DNA of 64,000 nucleotides from Phycisphaerales bacterium (GCA_012729595.1 JAAYCU010000282.1:3591-67590); one strand, 5' to 3'. Positions 6,772 to 17,034 are shown, counted from the first letter of the stretch. Translations and numbers: made by a program. Notes: generated by a model not told the origin, from the letters alone.

Positions 6772-9396
6772 TCAATCCCTTCCTTTCCCAGGATCGGCCA
6801 GGTAGCAGACCACCTTCTGGGTCAGGGCGTTGGCATATATTTTGATCGTACCGCCATCGGGCAGGTCGGCGGCGTCCACAACGTGAACTATATCGGCGCG
6901 TTGGGCCGCGTCGGGGAGCAACTCGGGCAGCTTGTTGGCACAGCGGGCAAAGAATTGCTCGTTGAGCACATTTCCCTCACGGCCGGGGAACAAGGCCAGA
7001 TATAGCATGTCCTCTTCCACCAGATCGTTGAAGAAATGCGTCCCTAGCGATACGTCGGGGATCAGATCTTCGCGCATGGCGACGATCTCGCCCAGGATCG
7101 AGACCGTATTGATCTCGGCGAAGGACACGGGCACGCCCAGCGAAGGGGTGGTCGTCCCCCAGCGCCCCGGGCCGAGCAACATTATGGTCCGCGGCCGTTC
7201 GCCTTTACCCAGGTGCATCAATTGCCCGATCAGCCGGGCGACCGTATAACGATCCGCGATCCGCAATTGTCCGTAGACCGACGGGACCACGTAAATCAGC
7301 CGATCAACCACAGTCATCCGGCTCTGGCCGATCACCGCCCCCCGTGCCTCGAAAATCAGTTTGTCAGGCTCGATCCGCTCGGGCACCTCAGCCGATGTAC
7401 CACCGTCGCTGACCTTGACCTGCAAGGGCCGGCACTGCACGACATTTATCCGGTAATCGTTTTCGTTCCGGAAATTGACGGTAAATTCCGTGTCCACCGG
7501 CGTACCGTAGGCCTCCTGCAGAGTGGTAAGCATCTCGCGCATGTCGCGCACGAAACGCGGGTGGGCCAGCAGCTTCTCGAAAGTCAGCACCCAGGGAAAA
7601 CCATCACCGCCGGCCATCGACCGCTCGGCCGTCTCGTCGGGCGATGCGAAAATATCCATCGGCAGATCGGGCCGTTGGGCAGCCACTTCCGAAAACGAAT
7701 AGGACATCAACTGGTTGGCGTTCAGGTCCAGGGCGTCTACCTTCCGCTGGGTGAACCGCCGCACCTCATCCACGCCGGATTCCGGCCTCCGCTCCGGAGC
7801 ATTCAAGGCCACGATCCGCGTATAATCATCGTCGCTACGATCCACCGCCCGGGTTCCCAGTCCGAATACCAGCCGCAACAGTCCGGCCTTCGGATCAATC
7901 TCCTCGTTCCAAACATAAGGGTTGAACGAAAAGCCTACGCCGGCGATCTGCGGATAGAACAAAGGCCCTTGCATCGCCCCCGACACCCGCTGGACCAGCA
8001 GGGACATCTGCTCATCGCGATCGAGAATGCCTCGCTGAGCCCGGTAGCGCAGGGCTTTTTCACTCATGGTACTCGCGTAGATCATCCGGACGGCGGACAT
8101 GAAATCCTCCAGCCGCTTATCCCGCGATCCCTGGTTCGCGCAGAAGACGCTCTCGTATTTACCCGCGAAGGCATTGCCGAACGCATCCTCCAGCAGACTG
8201 CTCGAACGTACGATAATCGGCGCCTGGCCGAAATAATCGAGCATCGCGGTGAACTCCTCGCGGACATCCGCGGCAAACACTCCGGTTAAAATCCGCCGGC
8301 GGGCCTCCTCCGAACCCTCCAGAAAGGTTGCCGGGTTCTTCTGTTTCTGCCTGATCCACCAGCAGCCGTTACGCACCAGATAGGTGTAAAACACGTCCGA
8401 CCCGATATAGAAGGAGTCGTGCCGTTCGAGCAGTTCGCTCCAGCGCGGATCAGTGCGTTCGAGAATCGCCCGGGCCAGAAGCATGCCGGCCGACTTGCCC
8501 CCGATCAGACCGCTGCCGATCATCCGTTTCCAGATCGCCAGAATCTCCGCGAGATTGAAATACTTGCGGGCCAGCGACAGAAAATGCTCGTCCCGAGTTA
8601 CCAACATGCGCAACAGCCGGGCCGTAACCTGTTCGGCATGCTCGATGGAACATACCGGCCTATCCAGCGGGTCGGCGGTCTGCTCGGCCTCGAGAAACGC
8701 CCGGTTCCACACGCCCAGGTAGCTCCGAGCCGATTCCGCCCCGTACCAAGGCTTGGCCGTCAGAATCTCGGCGGTGGTCGAACTTTCCGTCACCGGAAGA
8801 AAACTGTCGTGATCCCAGGCGTGGAGCATGTACATGGTCGGCGAGTGCCGCTGCTGTACCTTTATCGGGTGAACATAAAGCCCGCCCTTGTGGCGATACA
8901 CATCGATGAGAATCTGCGTCGTGTCCGTGATGATGCCCGTCGCGTGCGTCGAGTGTACGTTTTTCAACAAGGCAAAATAGGCCAAGGCCTCCACATCGTA
9001 AAGGTACGGGCAGGTAAGTACGAAAAAGTTGCCGAGCATCCGGTCGCTGTACCAATCAGCGGCCAGGTCGGAGAGGCAGTCGAATACGAAGAACCCGCCG
9101 CGACCGGTTTGCTCGATCACCCTATGAATGCTTGTCAAAAACTGCTCGAAGCCCTCATCCGGTCGCAGACGATAGACTTCCGCTCCGTCCGACTCGGACA
9201 TCAGCGGCTCATGGCGAGCAAAGCGAAAATAAACCAACCGCTTGCCCGAAGCCAACGCCGCATCGCAATACGGGCGAACGAAAGGCAGGTAATCCTCGAC
9301 GGCATCAATCTGCCAGACCACATTATCGCCCGGAAGCAAGCCTCGTATTACCCGATCAAGTCCACCTATTCCGGTGGTCAACTGAATACTGATCAT
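6772..9396 (-). CDS. PEP/pyruvate-binding (PPDK_N ATP-grasp) domain protein with a degenerate KaiC/RecA-like N-terminal domain
   Basis: GGKSAGMLLA and IIVRSSSLLEDAFGNAFAGKYESV are PPDK/PEP-synthase nucleotide-domain signatures. The N-terminus TGIGGLDRVIRGLLPGDNVVW resembles the KaiC-family start but has no Walker A. ATG at 9396 has a GGAAAGG RBS (a GTG at 9405 is also possible). Confidence 0.75.
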   Translation of the reverse strand: MISIQLTTGIGGLDRVIRGLLPGDNVVWQIDAVEDYLPFVRPYCDAALASGKRLVYFRFARHEPLMSESDGAEVYRLRPDEGFEQFLTSIHRVIEQTGRGGFFVFDCLSDLAADWYSDRMLGNFFVLTCPYLYDVEALAYFALLKNVHSTHATGIITDTTQILIDVYRHKGGLYVHPIKVQQRHSPTMYMLHAWDHDSFLPVTESSTTAEILTAKPWYGAESARSYLGVWNRAFLEAEQTADPLDRPVCSIEHAEQVTARLLRMLVTRDEHFLSLARKYFNLAEILAIWKRMIGSGLIGGKSAGMLLARAILERTDPRWSELLERHDSFYIGSDVFYTYLVRNGCWWIRQKQKNPATFLEGSEEARRRILTGVFAADVREEFTAMLDYFGQAPIIVRSSSLLEDAFGNAFAGKYESVFCANQGSRDKRLEDFMSAVRMIYASTMSEKALRYRAQRGILDRDEQMSLLVQRVSGAMQGPLFYPQIAGVGFSFNPYVWNEEIDPKAGLLRLVFGLGTRAVDRSDDDYTRIVALNAPERRPESGVDEVRRFTQRKVDALDLNANQLMSYSFSEVAAQRPDLPMDIFASPDETAERSMAGGDGFPWVLTFEKLLAHPRFVRDMREMLTTLQEAYGTPVDTEFTVNFRNENDYRINVVQCRPLQVKVSDGGTSAEVPERIEPDKLIFEARGAVIGQSRMTVVDRLIYVVPSVYGQLRIADRYTVARLIGQLMHLGKGERPRTIMLLGPGRWGTTTPSLGVPVSFAEINTVSILGEIVAMREDLIPDVSLGTHFFNDLVEEDMLYLALFPGREGNVLNEQFFARCANKLPELLPDAAQRADIVHVVDAADLPDGGTIKIYANALTQKVVCYLADPGKGRD

Positions 9397-9725
9397 GAAT
9401 AGCACCTTTCCATGAGTCTCTGCCGAGAGCTCCGCGACGCCATATGGACTTCGACGATTTGAAGCTTATACAAATTATCTGCTCGACGCGGCCAATGGCA
9501 AGGCTCTGAAAAAAATCCTCGCGCTGCAGGTTATGCTCTTCATAAGCAATGCTTCTGCTTATCACAACCTATTCAGGAGTAATAACATGCACCATCCGCT
9601 CAATAAACGGAACACCAGCCGGCATGGGTTCAAGAAGACTACCGCCGCGATGATTCCCAGCCAACCTGATGGCTAATTCCAGGGCAACGCAATTGCGTTC
9701 CATAACCCGATCCCATCCCCGATCA

Positions 9726-9754
9726 TTGAACACAAGAACAGGCGTTATTATAAT
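9726..9754 (+). promoter_or_regulatory. Sigma-70-type promoter candidate for nfnAB (TTGAAC-N17-TATAAT)
   Basis: TTGAAC at 9726-9731, a 17-nt spacer, then TATAAT at 9749-9754, about 118 nt upstream of the 9872 ATG. Confidence 0.45.
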
Positions 9755-9871
9755 AAAGAAAGAGTACGATCACCCTACCTGAATCCCGGGTAACCCCCGG
9801 AATGGTCGGCGGTCATAAGCGTGTAAGAATCATCGCAAACGGCCAGCCGTTTCTGTTGGAGCGAATAGTAA

Positions 9872-10735
9872 ATGTTCCTTATCCTTGACGCCCAGTGGCT
9901 CGCTCCCGGCATCCGCCGGCTCATCGTGCAAGCCCCACACGTTCTCCGGCACCATCAGCCCGGGCATTTTGTTATTGTACGTGTCGCGCCCGAAAGCGAG
10001 CGCATCCCGCTGACCGTGGCCGACACCGATCACGACAAGCAGACTATCACATTGATTGTCCAGGTGGTCGGGGCGACCACCGAACAGCTCTGCAATCTCG
10101 AAACCGGACAGAGTGTCCTCGATGTGGCCGGCCCGCTGGGCAAACCGACGGAGATCAAGAAATTCGGGCATGTCGTCCTGGTCGGCGGTGGAGTGGGGAC
10201 GGCGGTTATTCTCCCGCAGGCCAAGGCCCTGAAAAATCTTGGCAACCGCGTCTCGGCCGTTATCGGCGGACGCAGCAAGGATTATGTCATCCTGGAACAA
10301 GATCTGAGCCAACACTGCGACGCCGTCTATCCCTGCACCGATGACGGGAGCTACGGATATCACGGATTTGTCACAGGACAATTGAACGAGCTGATCGCGG
10401 ACAAAGCCCAACCGGTCGATGCGGTCATCGCCGCCGGGCCGGTGCCGATGATGAAGGCCGTCGCCGAAGTCACCCGTCCGCACGGTATTCATACTATCGT
10501 CTCGCTCAACCCCATCATGGTCGACGGCACGGGAATGTGCGGCGGTTGCCGGGTGATGGTCGGAGACAAAATGCTGTTCGCCTGTGTCGACGGCCCGGAA
10601 TTCGACGCCCACCAGGTGGATTTCGATGAGCTGCGCGACCGCCTGACCGCCTACCGCACCCAGGAAAAGAGAGCATGGGACCACAAGCCAAGCGGGCACG
10701 TATGTAAATGCAAAGTCGCGGAGGTGCCGTCATGA
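9872..10735 (+). CDS. nfnA: Sulfide/dihydroorotate dehydrogenase-like FAD/NAD-binding subunit (NfnA/SudB type)
   Basis: PGHFVIVR...RIPLTVAD FAD-binding motif, VLVGGGVGTA NAD(P) fold, C-terminal CGGCRV...FACVDGPEF 2Fe-2S motif. Its stop overlaps the next gene's start (ATGA). Confidence 0.75.
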   Translation: MFLILDAQWLAPGIRRLIVQAPHVLRHHQPGHFVIVRVAPESERIPLTVADTDHDKQTITLIVQVVGATTEQLCNLETGQSVLDVAGPLGKPTEIKKFGHVVLVGGGVGTAVILPQAKALKNLGNRVSAVIGGRSKDYVILEQDLSQHCDAVYPCTDDGSYGYHGFVTGQLNELIADKAQPVDAVIAAGPVPMMKAVAEVTRPHGIHTIVSLNPIMVDGTGMCGGCRVMVGDKMLFACVDGPEFDAHQVDFDELRDRLTAYRTQEKRAWDHKPSGHVCKCKVAEVPS

Positions 10736-12141
10736 CCCTCAAGGCCTCCGAACGGATGAAAATCCCGCGGCAACATATGCCCGAGCAGGATCCCGGCCAA
10801 CGGGCAACGAATTTCGGCGAGGTTAATTTCGGCCTGGCCTGCGAGGCCGCTCGCACCGAGGCCGACCGTTGCCTTGGCTGTAAGGGCGCTAAATGTATAG
10901 GCGGCTGTCCCGTCGGCGTGGACATTCCCGGTTTTCTCGGGGCTCTGTCCGAAGGCAATCTAGACAAGGCCGCCGATATCCTCTTCGATGCCAACGTTTT
11001 GCCTGGCATTACCGGCCGCGTCTGCCCCCAGGAAACCCAATGCGAGGCTCTCTGCATCCGTACGGGCAAAAGTGAGCCGGTGGCCGTCGGCTATCTCGAA
11101 CGTTTCGTAGCCGATTGGGCCCGCGAACACCGTACTACCAAGGTTCAACATCCTCCCGCGACCGGGAAACGCGTGGCCGTAGTCGGCTCGGGGCCGGCCG
11201 GCCTGACCTGTGCAGGCGAACTGGCGAAAAAAGGGCACCAGGTAACCATCTACGAAGCCCTGCACAAACCCGGCGGGGTATTAGTCTACGGCATCCCGGA
11301 GTTTCGTCTGCCTAAAAAGATTGTCGATAGCGAGGTTGAGAAGCTCAAACAACTCGGCGTTCGCATCGAATGCAATATAATAATCGGCCAGACCTATACA
11401 ATCAGCGACCTGCTGAACGAACAGGGCTTCGATGCGGTCTTCATCGCCAACGGAGCCGGTCTACCGGTATTCTTGGGAATCCCCGGAGAAAATCTAAAAG
11501 GGGTTTATTCTGCCAATGAATACCTTACCCGGGTCAACCTCATGGGCGCTTATCGCTTTCCGGAAAGTCCCACGCCTGTAATCGACGCTCCGCAAGTCGT
11601 GGTAGTCGGCGGAGGCAATACGGCGATGGACGCCGTCCGCACCGCCCGCCGACTGGGGGCCTCGCCGGCCACGCTTATTTACCGGCGTAGCCGCCAGGAA
11701 ATGCCCGCCCGTGTCGAGGAAGTCAAACACGCCGAGGAGGAGGGCGTGACCTATCATTTCCTGGTCAACCCCGTCGAGATCCTCGGCACCGATGATGGTT
11801 GGGTTCGGGCCGTCCGCTGCCAAAATAGGGAACTGGGTGAACCGGACGATTCCGGACGCCGACGCCCCATAGCTGTCCCCGGCAGCGAATTCGAAGTCCC
11901 CTGCCAGGTATTTATCGAAGCCATCGGAACACGGGCCAACCCCCTGCTCACTCAGACCACCCCCGAGCTCAAGGTCAATAAATGGGGGTACATCGAGGTC
12001 GACGACAAGAACATGACCAGCGTCCCCGGCGTATTCGCCGGCGGCGATATCGTCCGCGGGGCAGCCACCGTCATCCTGGCTATGGGCGACGGAAAGAAAA
12101 CCGCAGCGGCCATGCATGACTATCTGCTCAACCAAGATTAA
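10732..12141 (+). CDS. nfnB: NADPH-dependent glutamate synthase beta-chain-like oxidoreductase (NfnB/SudA/GltD type)
   Basis: CLGCKGAKCIGGCPV and GRVCPQETQCE Fe-S motifs, two Rossmann motifs (VAVVGSGPAGL, VVVVGGGNTAMD), C-terminal GVFAGGD. ATG at 10732 is coupled to nfnA. Confidence 0.8.
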   Translation: MTLKASERMKIPRQHMPEQDPGQRATNFGEVNFGLACEAARTEADRCLGCKGAKCIGGCPVGVDIPGFLGALSEGNLDKAADILFDANVLPGITGRVCPQETQCEALCIRTGKSEPVAVGYLERFVADWAREHRTTKVQHPPATGKRVAVVGSGPAGLTCAGELAKKGHQVTIYEALHKPGGVLVYGIPEFRLPKKIVDSEVEKLKQLGVRIECNIIIGQTYTISDLLNEQGFDAVFIANGAGLPVFLGIPGENLKGVYSANEYLTRVNLMGAYRFPESPTPVIDAPQVVVVGGGNTAMDAVRTARRLGASPATLIYRRSRQEMPARVEEVKHAEEEGVTYHFLVNPVEILGTDDGWVRAVRCQNRELGEPDDSGRRRPIAVPGSEFEVPCQVFIEAIGTRANPLLTQTTPELKVNKWGYIEVDDKNMTSVPGVFAGGDIVRGAATVILAMGDGKKTAAAMHDYLLNQD

Positions 12142-12400
12142 ACTACACCTTGCCGCATGCGTTTTTTGTGCAGCGACCTCAGCACGGGCTCTACATGGTC
12201 GCTCAACACGCACCTGAGGATCATCCGGCTGACGATGCGGGGCAGCACGGCGTATCGGATGACGGACCAATATTCCCCTTCGGCACGCAACCGACCGGGA
12301 AGCAACCAGTTGCTCAAGGGCAGTACATATAGTAGGGGTATACCGCACAGCCAGAGCCTCCCAAATACGAGATCGGGACAGGCCCTGCCTCCGTGCTACA

Positions 12401-13177
12401 ATGTTGGCTATGAAAAACACACAAGGACTTACCATTCTGCTGGAGGACGAGCAGCTCCTCGTGGTCAACAAACCCGCCGGGCTGCTTACCGTCCCCGGCC
12501 GCCAGGGTGGGCATTCCCTGCGCGAAGCGGTCGCCTACACTCTGGGCATCACCCAAAAACTCTTTCTCGTCCATCGGCTGGACGCCGGGACCAGCGGCGT
12601 ATTGCTGCTGGCCAAAACTCCCGAGGCCCAAAGGCATCTTGCCCAACAGTTCCAGAACCGCCTTGTCCAAAAAGAATATCTGGCCATCGTGCGCGGCTCG
12701 CCCGAGGAGGATAGCGGCCTGATCGTCGCCCCGATCGCTCCGCATCCGCGCATACCGGCCAAGATGATCGTCAGCGAAAAAAAGGGCCGCCCTTCCCAGA
12801 CAAAATGGCAGATCGTCGATCGTTTCCAGGGTATATCCCTCGTCCGCTGCCGGCCGCTTACCGGCCGACAGCACCAGATTCGCGTCCATCTCGCCCTGAT
12901 CGAGATGCCACTGCTGGTCGATCCGCTCTACGGCAACGCCGAAGCCTTCTATCTCTCGCAACTCAAGGTTGGCTATAAGCCCAGCAACCGCCACGAGGAA
13001 CGCCCCCTGCTCGCCCGCCTCAGCCTGCACGCCGACGCACTTAACTTCACCCACCCGCGGACCAACCACCCGGTCCGCGTCGAGGCCCCCCTGCCGAAGG
13101 ATCTGCACGCCACGCTCACCCAGTTGCGTAAATTGTGCGGTTCGGCGGGCGGAGCGGCCTTGCCGGAACCGGCGTAA
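12401..13177 (+). CDS. RluA family pseudouridine synthase
   Basis: VVNKPAGLL and the catalytic HRLDAGTSGVLLLAK motif, plus GRQHQIRVHL. Confidence 0.85.
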   Translation: MLAMKNTQGLTILLEDEQLLVVNKPAGLLTVPGRQGGHSLREAVAYTLGITQKLFLVHRLDAGTSGVLLLAKTPEAQRHLAQQFQNRLVQKEYLAIVRGSPEEDSGLIVAPIAPHPRIPAKMIVSEKKGRPSQTKWQIVDRFQGISLVRCRPLTGRQHQIRVHLALIEMPLLVDPLYGNAEAFYLSQLKVGYKPSNRHEERPLLARLSLHADALNFTHPRTNHPVRVEAPLPKDLHATLTQLRKLCGSAGGAALPEPA

Positions 13178-13262
13178 CAGATGGAGACAATGCATAGCCG
13201 AGGGCCGCACCGCCCCGCACACCATAGAGGCCCCTTAAAAGAGATGACCGACAAGCTCGCGG

Positions 13263-13290
13263 TTGACAATTTCAGCCGGTTAGGTAAAGT
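13263..13290 (+). promoter_or_regulatory. Sigma-70-type promoter candidate for tRNA-Arg (TTGACA-N16-TAAAGT)
   Basis: Perfect -35 TTGACA at 13263-13268, a 16-nt spacer, TAAAGT at 13285-13290, about 75 nt upstream of the tRNA. Confidence 0.3.
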
Positions 13291-13365
13291 GCGGATATAT
13301 ACGCAGGCCCGGCGGCGACGCTGGGCGAAAACCGTCGAGTATCCGGCCGGCGGGCGTAGAGACTT

Positions 13366-13439
<74 letters not shown>

Positions 13440-13515
13440 TTGTTTTACATACCCCCTGTTCGCTCGACCTGTCAATTGCCATCAGAATCACGATTTTAAC
13501 TCTTATCGTCCCCCC

Positions 13516-14958
13516 CTACTCTTCGGCGTCCTCGGCGGCGAGGTTGTATTTGCGCATCAGGGCGTGGAAGTTCGTGCGTTGCATGCCGACCTGCTCGGCG
13601 GCCTTGCTGACGTTGCCGCCGCAACGGCGGAGGGCCTCGACCAGAAAGCGGCGTTCGAGTTCATGCACGGCCGAGTCGCGGACCTGCTGCTTGAGTTTCT
13701 TGAATTCCTCCCAGTCGGCGGGCAGTTGGCTGACATCCGAGCGCAGCGGGGCCTGGCGGATTTCCGGGGGCAGGTGTCGGGCCTCGATCCGGTCGGCATC
13801 GCAAAGAATGGCCATCCGCTCCACGATATTACGCAGTTCGCGAACGTTGCCCGGCCAGGGGTAGCTTTCCATCCGGGCCATGGCCTCTGGGGTGAATCCC
13901 TTGAGGGGCATGTCGTTCTTCTCGCGAAAGCGCTCCAGAAACGCCACAGCCAGCAGCGGGATATCCCCGGGCCGCTCGCGCAACGGCGGCAGGTGGATGG
14001 GCACGACGTTAAGGCGATAGTAGAGATCCTCGCGAAATGCGCCCTCGCGAACCAGGGCGGCCAAGTCGCGATTGGTCGCGGCGATCAGGCGGATATCCAC
14101 CTCGCGCTCGGCGGCCTCGCCCACCCGCTTGACCTGGCGAGTTTCCAGCACGCGCAGGAGTTTGCCCTGGGTCTCCAGGCTGATGTTGCCCACTTCGTCC
14201 AGAAAAAGCGTGCCCTTGTCGGCGGCCTCGAACAACCCCTGCTTGTTGCTGATCGCCCCGGAGAACGACCCGCGAACGTGTCCGAACAATTCACTTTCAA
14301 GCAGGGTCGGAGCCAAAGCGGTGCAATCGCAAGCCAGCAGCGAATGGTCGCGGCGGCGGCTTAAACGATGCAAGGCACGGACGACCATCTCCTTGCCCGT
14401 GCCGCTCTCGCCGGTGACCAGGACAGTGCCCTCGGTCGGGGCGACCCGCTTGATCAGGGTGAAGACCTGTTCCATGGTCCGCGATTCGCCGATGATCCCC
14501 TCAAAGCCGCGAGCGACATCGAGCTCACGGCGGAGGGCGGCGTTCTCGCGAAGCAAGACCGAGCGTTCCCAGACCTTGCCGACCACGACATGCAACTGGT
14601 TGGGCGAAAAGGGCTTGCTCAAGAAGTCGGCGGCACCCTGCTTCATGGCCTCGACGGCAGATTCGACCGTCGAATGGCCGGTGATAATAATCACTTCCGC
14701 AGAGACGCCAGCGGCTTTGACCCGCCGCAATATCTCGAAACCGTCGATCATGGGCATCATCAGATCAACAAGAATAATATCGAACTCACCGGACATGGCC
14801 GCCTGCAAGCCCTCGTTTGGATCCTCGCAATAAAGCACGTCATGGCCCTCCGGTGCGAGCGAACGTTTGCAGCTCAGCCCGACGACCGGTTCATCGTCGA
14901 TGACCAGAATCCGCAACGGGGCTCTTTGGGTGGCCATACCGGGAAGCGTATGACTCAT
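13516..14958 (-). CDS. Sigma-54-dependent Fis-family response regulator (NtrC-type enhancer-binding protein)
   Basis: Receiver (ILVIDDE...[10 protein letters not shown]), AAA+ core (GESGTGKE, a GAFTGA-loop variant [23 protein letters not shown]), C-terminal Fis HTH ([25 protein letters not shown]). Confidence 0.9.
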   Translation of the reverse strand: MSHTLPGMATQRAPLRILVIDDEPVVGLSCKRSLAPEGHDVLYCEDPNEGLQAAMSGEFDIILVDLMMPMIDGFEILRRVKAAGVSAEVIIITGHSTVESAVEAMKQGAADFLSKPFSPNQLHVVVGKVWERSVLLRENAALRRELDVARGFEGIIGESRTMEQVFTLIKRVAPTEGTVLVTGESGTGKEMVVRALHRLSRRRDHSLLACDCTALAPTLLESELFGHVRGSFSGAISNKQGLFEAADKGTLFLDEVGNISLETQGKLLRVLETRQVKRVGEAAEREVDIRLIAATNRDLAALVREGAFREDLYYRLNVVPIHLPPLRERPGDIPLLAVAFLERFREKNDMPLKGFTPEAMARMESYPWPGNVRELRNIVERMAILCDADRIEARHLPPEIRQAPLRSDVSQLPADWEEFKKLKQQVRDSAVHELERRFLVEALRRCGGNVSKAAEQVGMQRTNFHALMRKYNLAAEDAEE

Positions 14959-16904
14959 GACTCGGCCTTATCTTTCTCCGGCCGTTCGGCCTGGCCGGGC
15001 TGGTTGTCCGCGGCGGGCAGGATGATGGTAAATACCGCTCCGTTACCCTCGGCACTCTCCACCTCGAGCGAGCCGCCGTGCTGCTCGATGATCCCGTAAC
15101 TGACACTGAGGCCCAAGCCGGTGCTCTTGCCCACCGGCTTGGTACTGAAGAACGGCTCGAAGATCTGATCTAGATGTTCCCGGCGGATTCCATGTCCGGT
15201 ATCGGCTACCTGGATCACCACCAGCCGGTCACGCTGGGTTGTGCGAAGGGTCAATGTCCCACCGTTCGGCATGGCCTCGCAGGCATTGAGAAACAGGTTG
15301 AGCAACACCTGCTGAAACTGATTCATGTCGCCTCGGACCACCGGCAGGCCTTCGCATAATTCCTCGCTAATCAAAATCTCCTGGAACTGTTTTTGGCCGC
15401 CGATCAAACGGATAGTCCGTCGAATCGCATCGTTTACATCAAGCGGCTCCTTCTTGACCGGTTTCTCGCGTGCAAAATCCAGTAACCCACTGACAATCTC
15501 CGCCACCCGGCTGGTTTCGTTAATTATCAGCTCAAGATCCTCACGGTCCTGAGCGTCCATATTGGCCTTACCGTGCAGCAAATGGGCGAAGGTAAGGACG
15601 CCGGTCAGCGGGTTGTTAATTTCGTGGGCGATACCGGCGGCGAGGCGTCCGATGGAGGCCAGCTTTTCGCTACGGCCGATCTGCTGGCGGGCGGCCTGGG
15701 TGAGTCTTTCCTCGCGCTGGGCCACCGCGTCCGCCATAGAATCGATCGCCTGGCACAACTGCCCCATTTCGCCCGGTGGGTGCATACCGACCCTGACTGA
15801 AAAATCGCCCCCGCTCATTTTGCGGGACATGGCAATGATCCGATCGATAGGACGTAAAACCAGTTTGGTCACCAGAAAAATCAAGCTCAAACTCACCAGA
15901 GTAGCTAATCCCATGAAGGCCAGGAATGAACCGGCGATGATGTTCCGTTTGTGAAGAAAAGGCTCCTGAAGCAGGCCAACATATAATGCGCCGATGGTCC
16001 GGCCGCGTGGATCGCGAATCGGCTCGTAGGCGGAAATATACCAATCGTTAACAACGAAAGCCGGCGCCGCCCAGAGCTCTCCCCGTTCGAGAACGGCGTC
16101 CCGAACGGGCTCGCTCATCCGCGTGCCGACCGCCCGTTGTCCGCTTGGCAGGGTAACGTTGGTGGATATACGCGTATCGTCGAGGAAAATGGTTATGGTA
16201 CCTTTCTCCTGCCCCTGATGGGATTGGGGCGGAAAAACCATGGACTGGATAGCATCCACCACGTCGTAGCGTCCGTTGAGCAAATCACCGCCGTAGAGGA
16301 TTCCCAACAAGTGCCCCTGATGATCCGTTATAGGAACGGCGGCCGCGGCGACCAGCCCGTAGGTGGAAACACTGTCCGGGACAAGTTCCGCCGGCGTTGA
16401 CGCTATCAACTCGATCCTGGCCCGGGCCGCGAGTTCTCCGTCCTCTACGGCCAATTGCTCGTCAGTAAGAACAATGGTTCCGGTCGCGGCTTGTTGTGTC
16501 TCCATAACTTGGGCAATCAGTGGATTGTCAACCAGCATATCACCGGTCCGCTCGGGGGCCCGGGCCCGGCAGATCACCACCCCGGAGGCATCCAGAACAA
16601 CTACAAAGTCCATTTCCCAGGAGCTATATACCCTCCGTAATATCCGGCCCAGCTCATCGCAATCTTTTTTTTCCAGGGCTTCCGCCAGGGATTGATCCAA
16701 GGCGACCGCAAGGAGAAAATGGGCACTTCGCTCGATATGGTGATCGTAGATGACCCGGGCGCTATTTAGGTCGAGTCGAACATTGTTCTGGACCTCGTGT
16801 AGCCAAACCCGGCTGACATAGTGCACGGTAGCCAATGAAAGTATCGAGTTTGCCACCAGGATCACGGCGATAAACATCATGGTCAGCTTCACACGGATAG
16901 TCAT
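14955..16904 (-). CDS. Membrane sensor histidine kinase (large periplasmic sensor domain, HAMP, HisKA, HATPase)
   Basis: Start taken at MTIRVKL (ATG 16904; the track ORF extends upstream). Two TM segments flank a ~330-aa loop. HAMP, H-box AAGIAHEINNPL, N/G boxes NLFLNACEAM, DTGHGI, GLGLSV. Overlaps the regulator gene by 4 nt. Confidence 0.85.
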   Translation of the reverse strand: MTIRVKLTMMFIAVILVANSILSLATVHYVSRVWLHEVQNNVRLDLNSARVIYDHHIERSAHFLLAVALDQSLAEALEKKDCDELGRILRRVYSSWEMDFVVVLDASGVVICRARAPERTGDMLVDNPLIAQVMETQQAATGTIVLTDEQLAVEDGELAARARIELIASTPAELVPDSVSTYGLVAAAAVPITDHQGHLLGILYGGDLLNGRYDVVDAIQSMVFPPQSHQGQEKGTITIFLDDTRISTNVTLPSGQRAVGTRMSEPVRDAVLERGELWAAPAFVVNDWYISAYEPIRDPRGRTIGALYVGLLQEPFLHKRNIIAGSFLAFMGLATLVSLSLIFLVTKLVLRPIDRIIAMSRKMSGGDFSVRVGMHPPGEMGQLCQAIDSMADAVAQREERLTQAARQQIGRSEKLASIGRLAAGIAHEINNPLTGVLTFAHLLHGKANMDAQDREDLELIINETSRVAEIVSGLLDFAREKPVKKEPLDVNDAIRRTIRLIGGQKQFQEILISEELCEGLPVVRGDMNQFQQVLLNLFLNACEAMPNGGTLTLRTTQRDRLVVIQVADTGHGIRREHLDQIFEPFFSTKPVGKSTGLGLSVSYGIIEQHGGSLEVESAEGNGAVFTIILPAADNQPGQAERPEKDKAES

Positions 16905-17034
16905 GGTTATTCTCGATCCTGGCCGGTGGTTAGCAAAAATACTCGTACAGTGTATGAGCATACCATACACCCGAAAGGATGGTAGTAAACTCTGGGCAGC
17001 TTGACAAATAACCGCAGCGTAGCGACAAGGGGAC

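Noticed and set aside
7213-9402. Long plus-strand ORFs (7213..8289, 358 aa; 8419..9402, 327 aa) opposite the PEP/pyruvate-binding gene
   Set aside because: Their composition is Arg/Pro/Gly/His-rich junk with no recognisable motifs. They are typical antisense open frames of a high-GC gene, and the minus-strand product has clear family signatures.
12142-12180. CCGCATGCGTTTTTT after nfnB as a rho-independent terminator
   Set aside because: The palindrome CGCATGCG is too short to form a stem with a viable loop, so the T-run alone is insufficient evidence.
11494-13225. Minus-strand ORFs 11494..12471 (325 aa) and 12314..13225 (303 aa)
   Set aside because: They are antisense to nfnB and rluA, span the intergenic region and have no recognisable motifs. 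Judged spurious.
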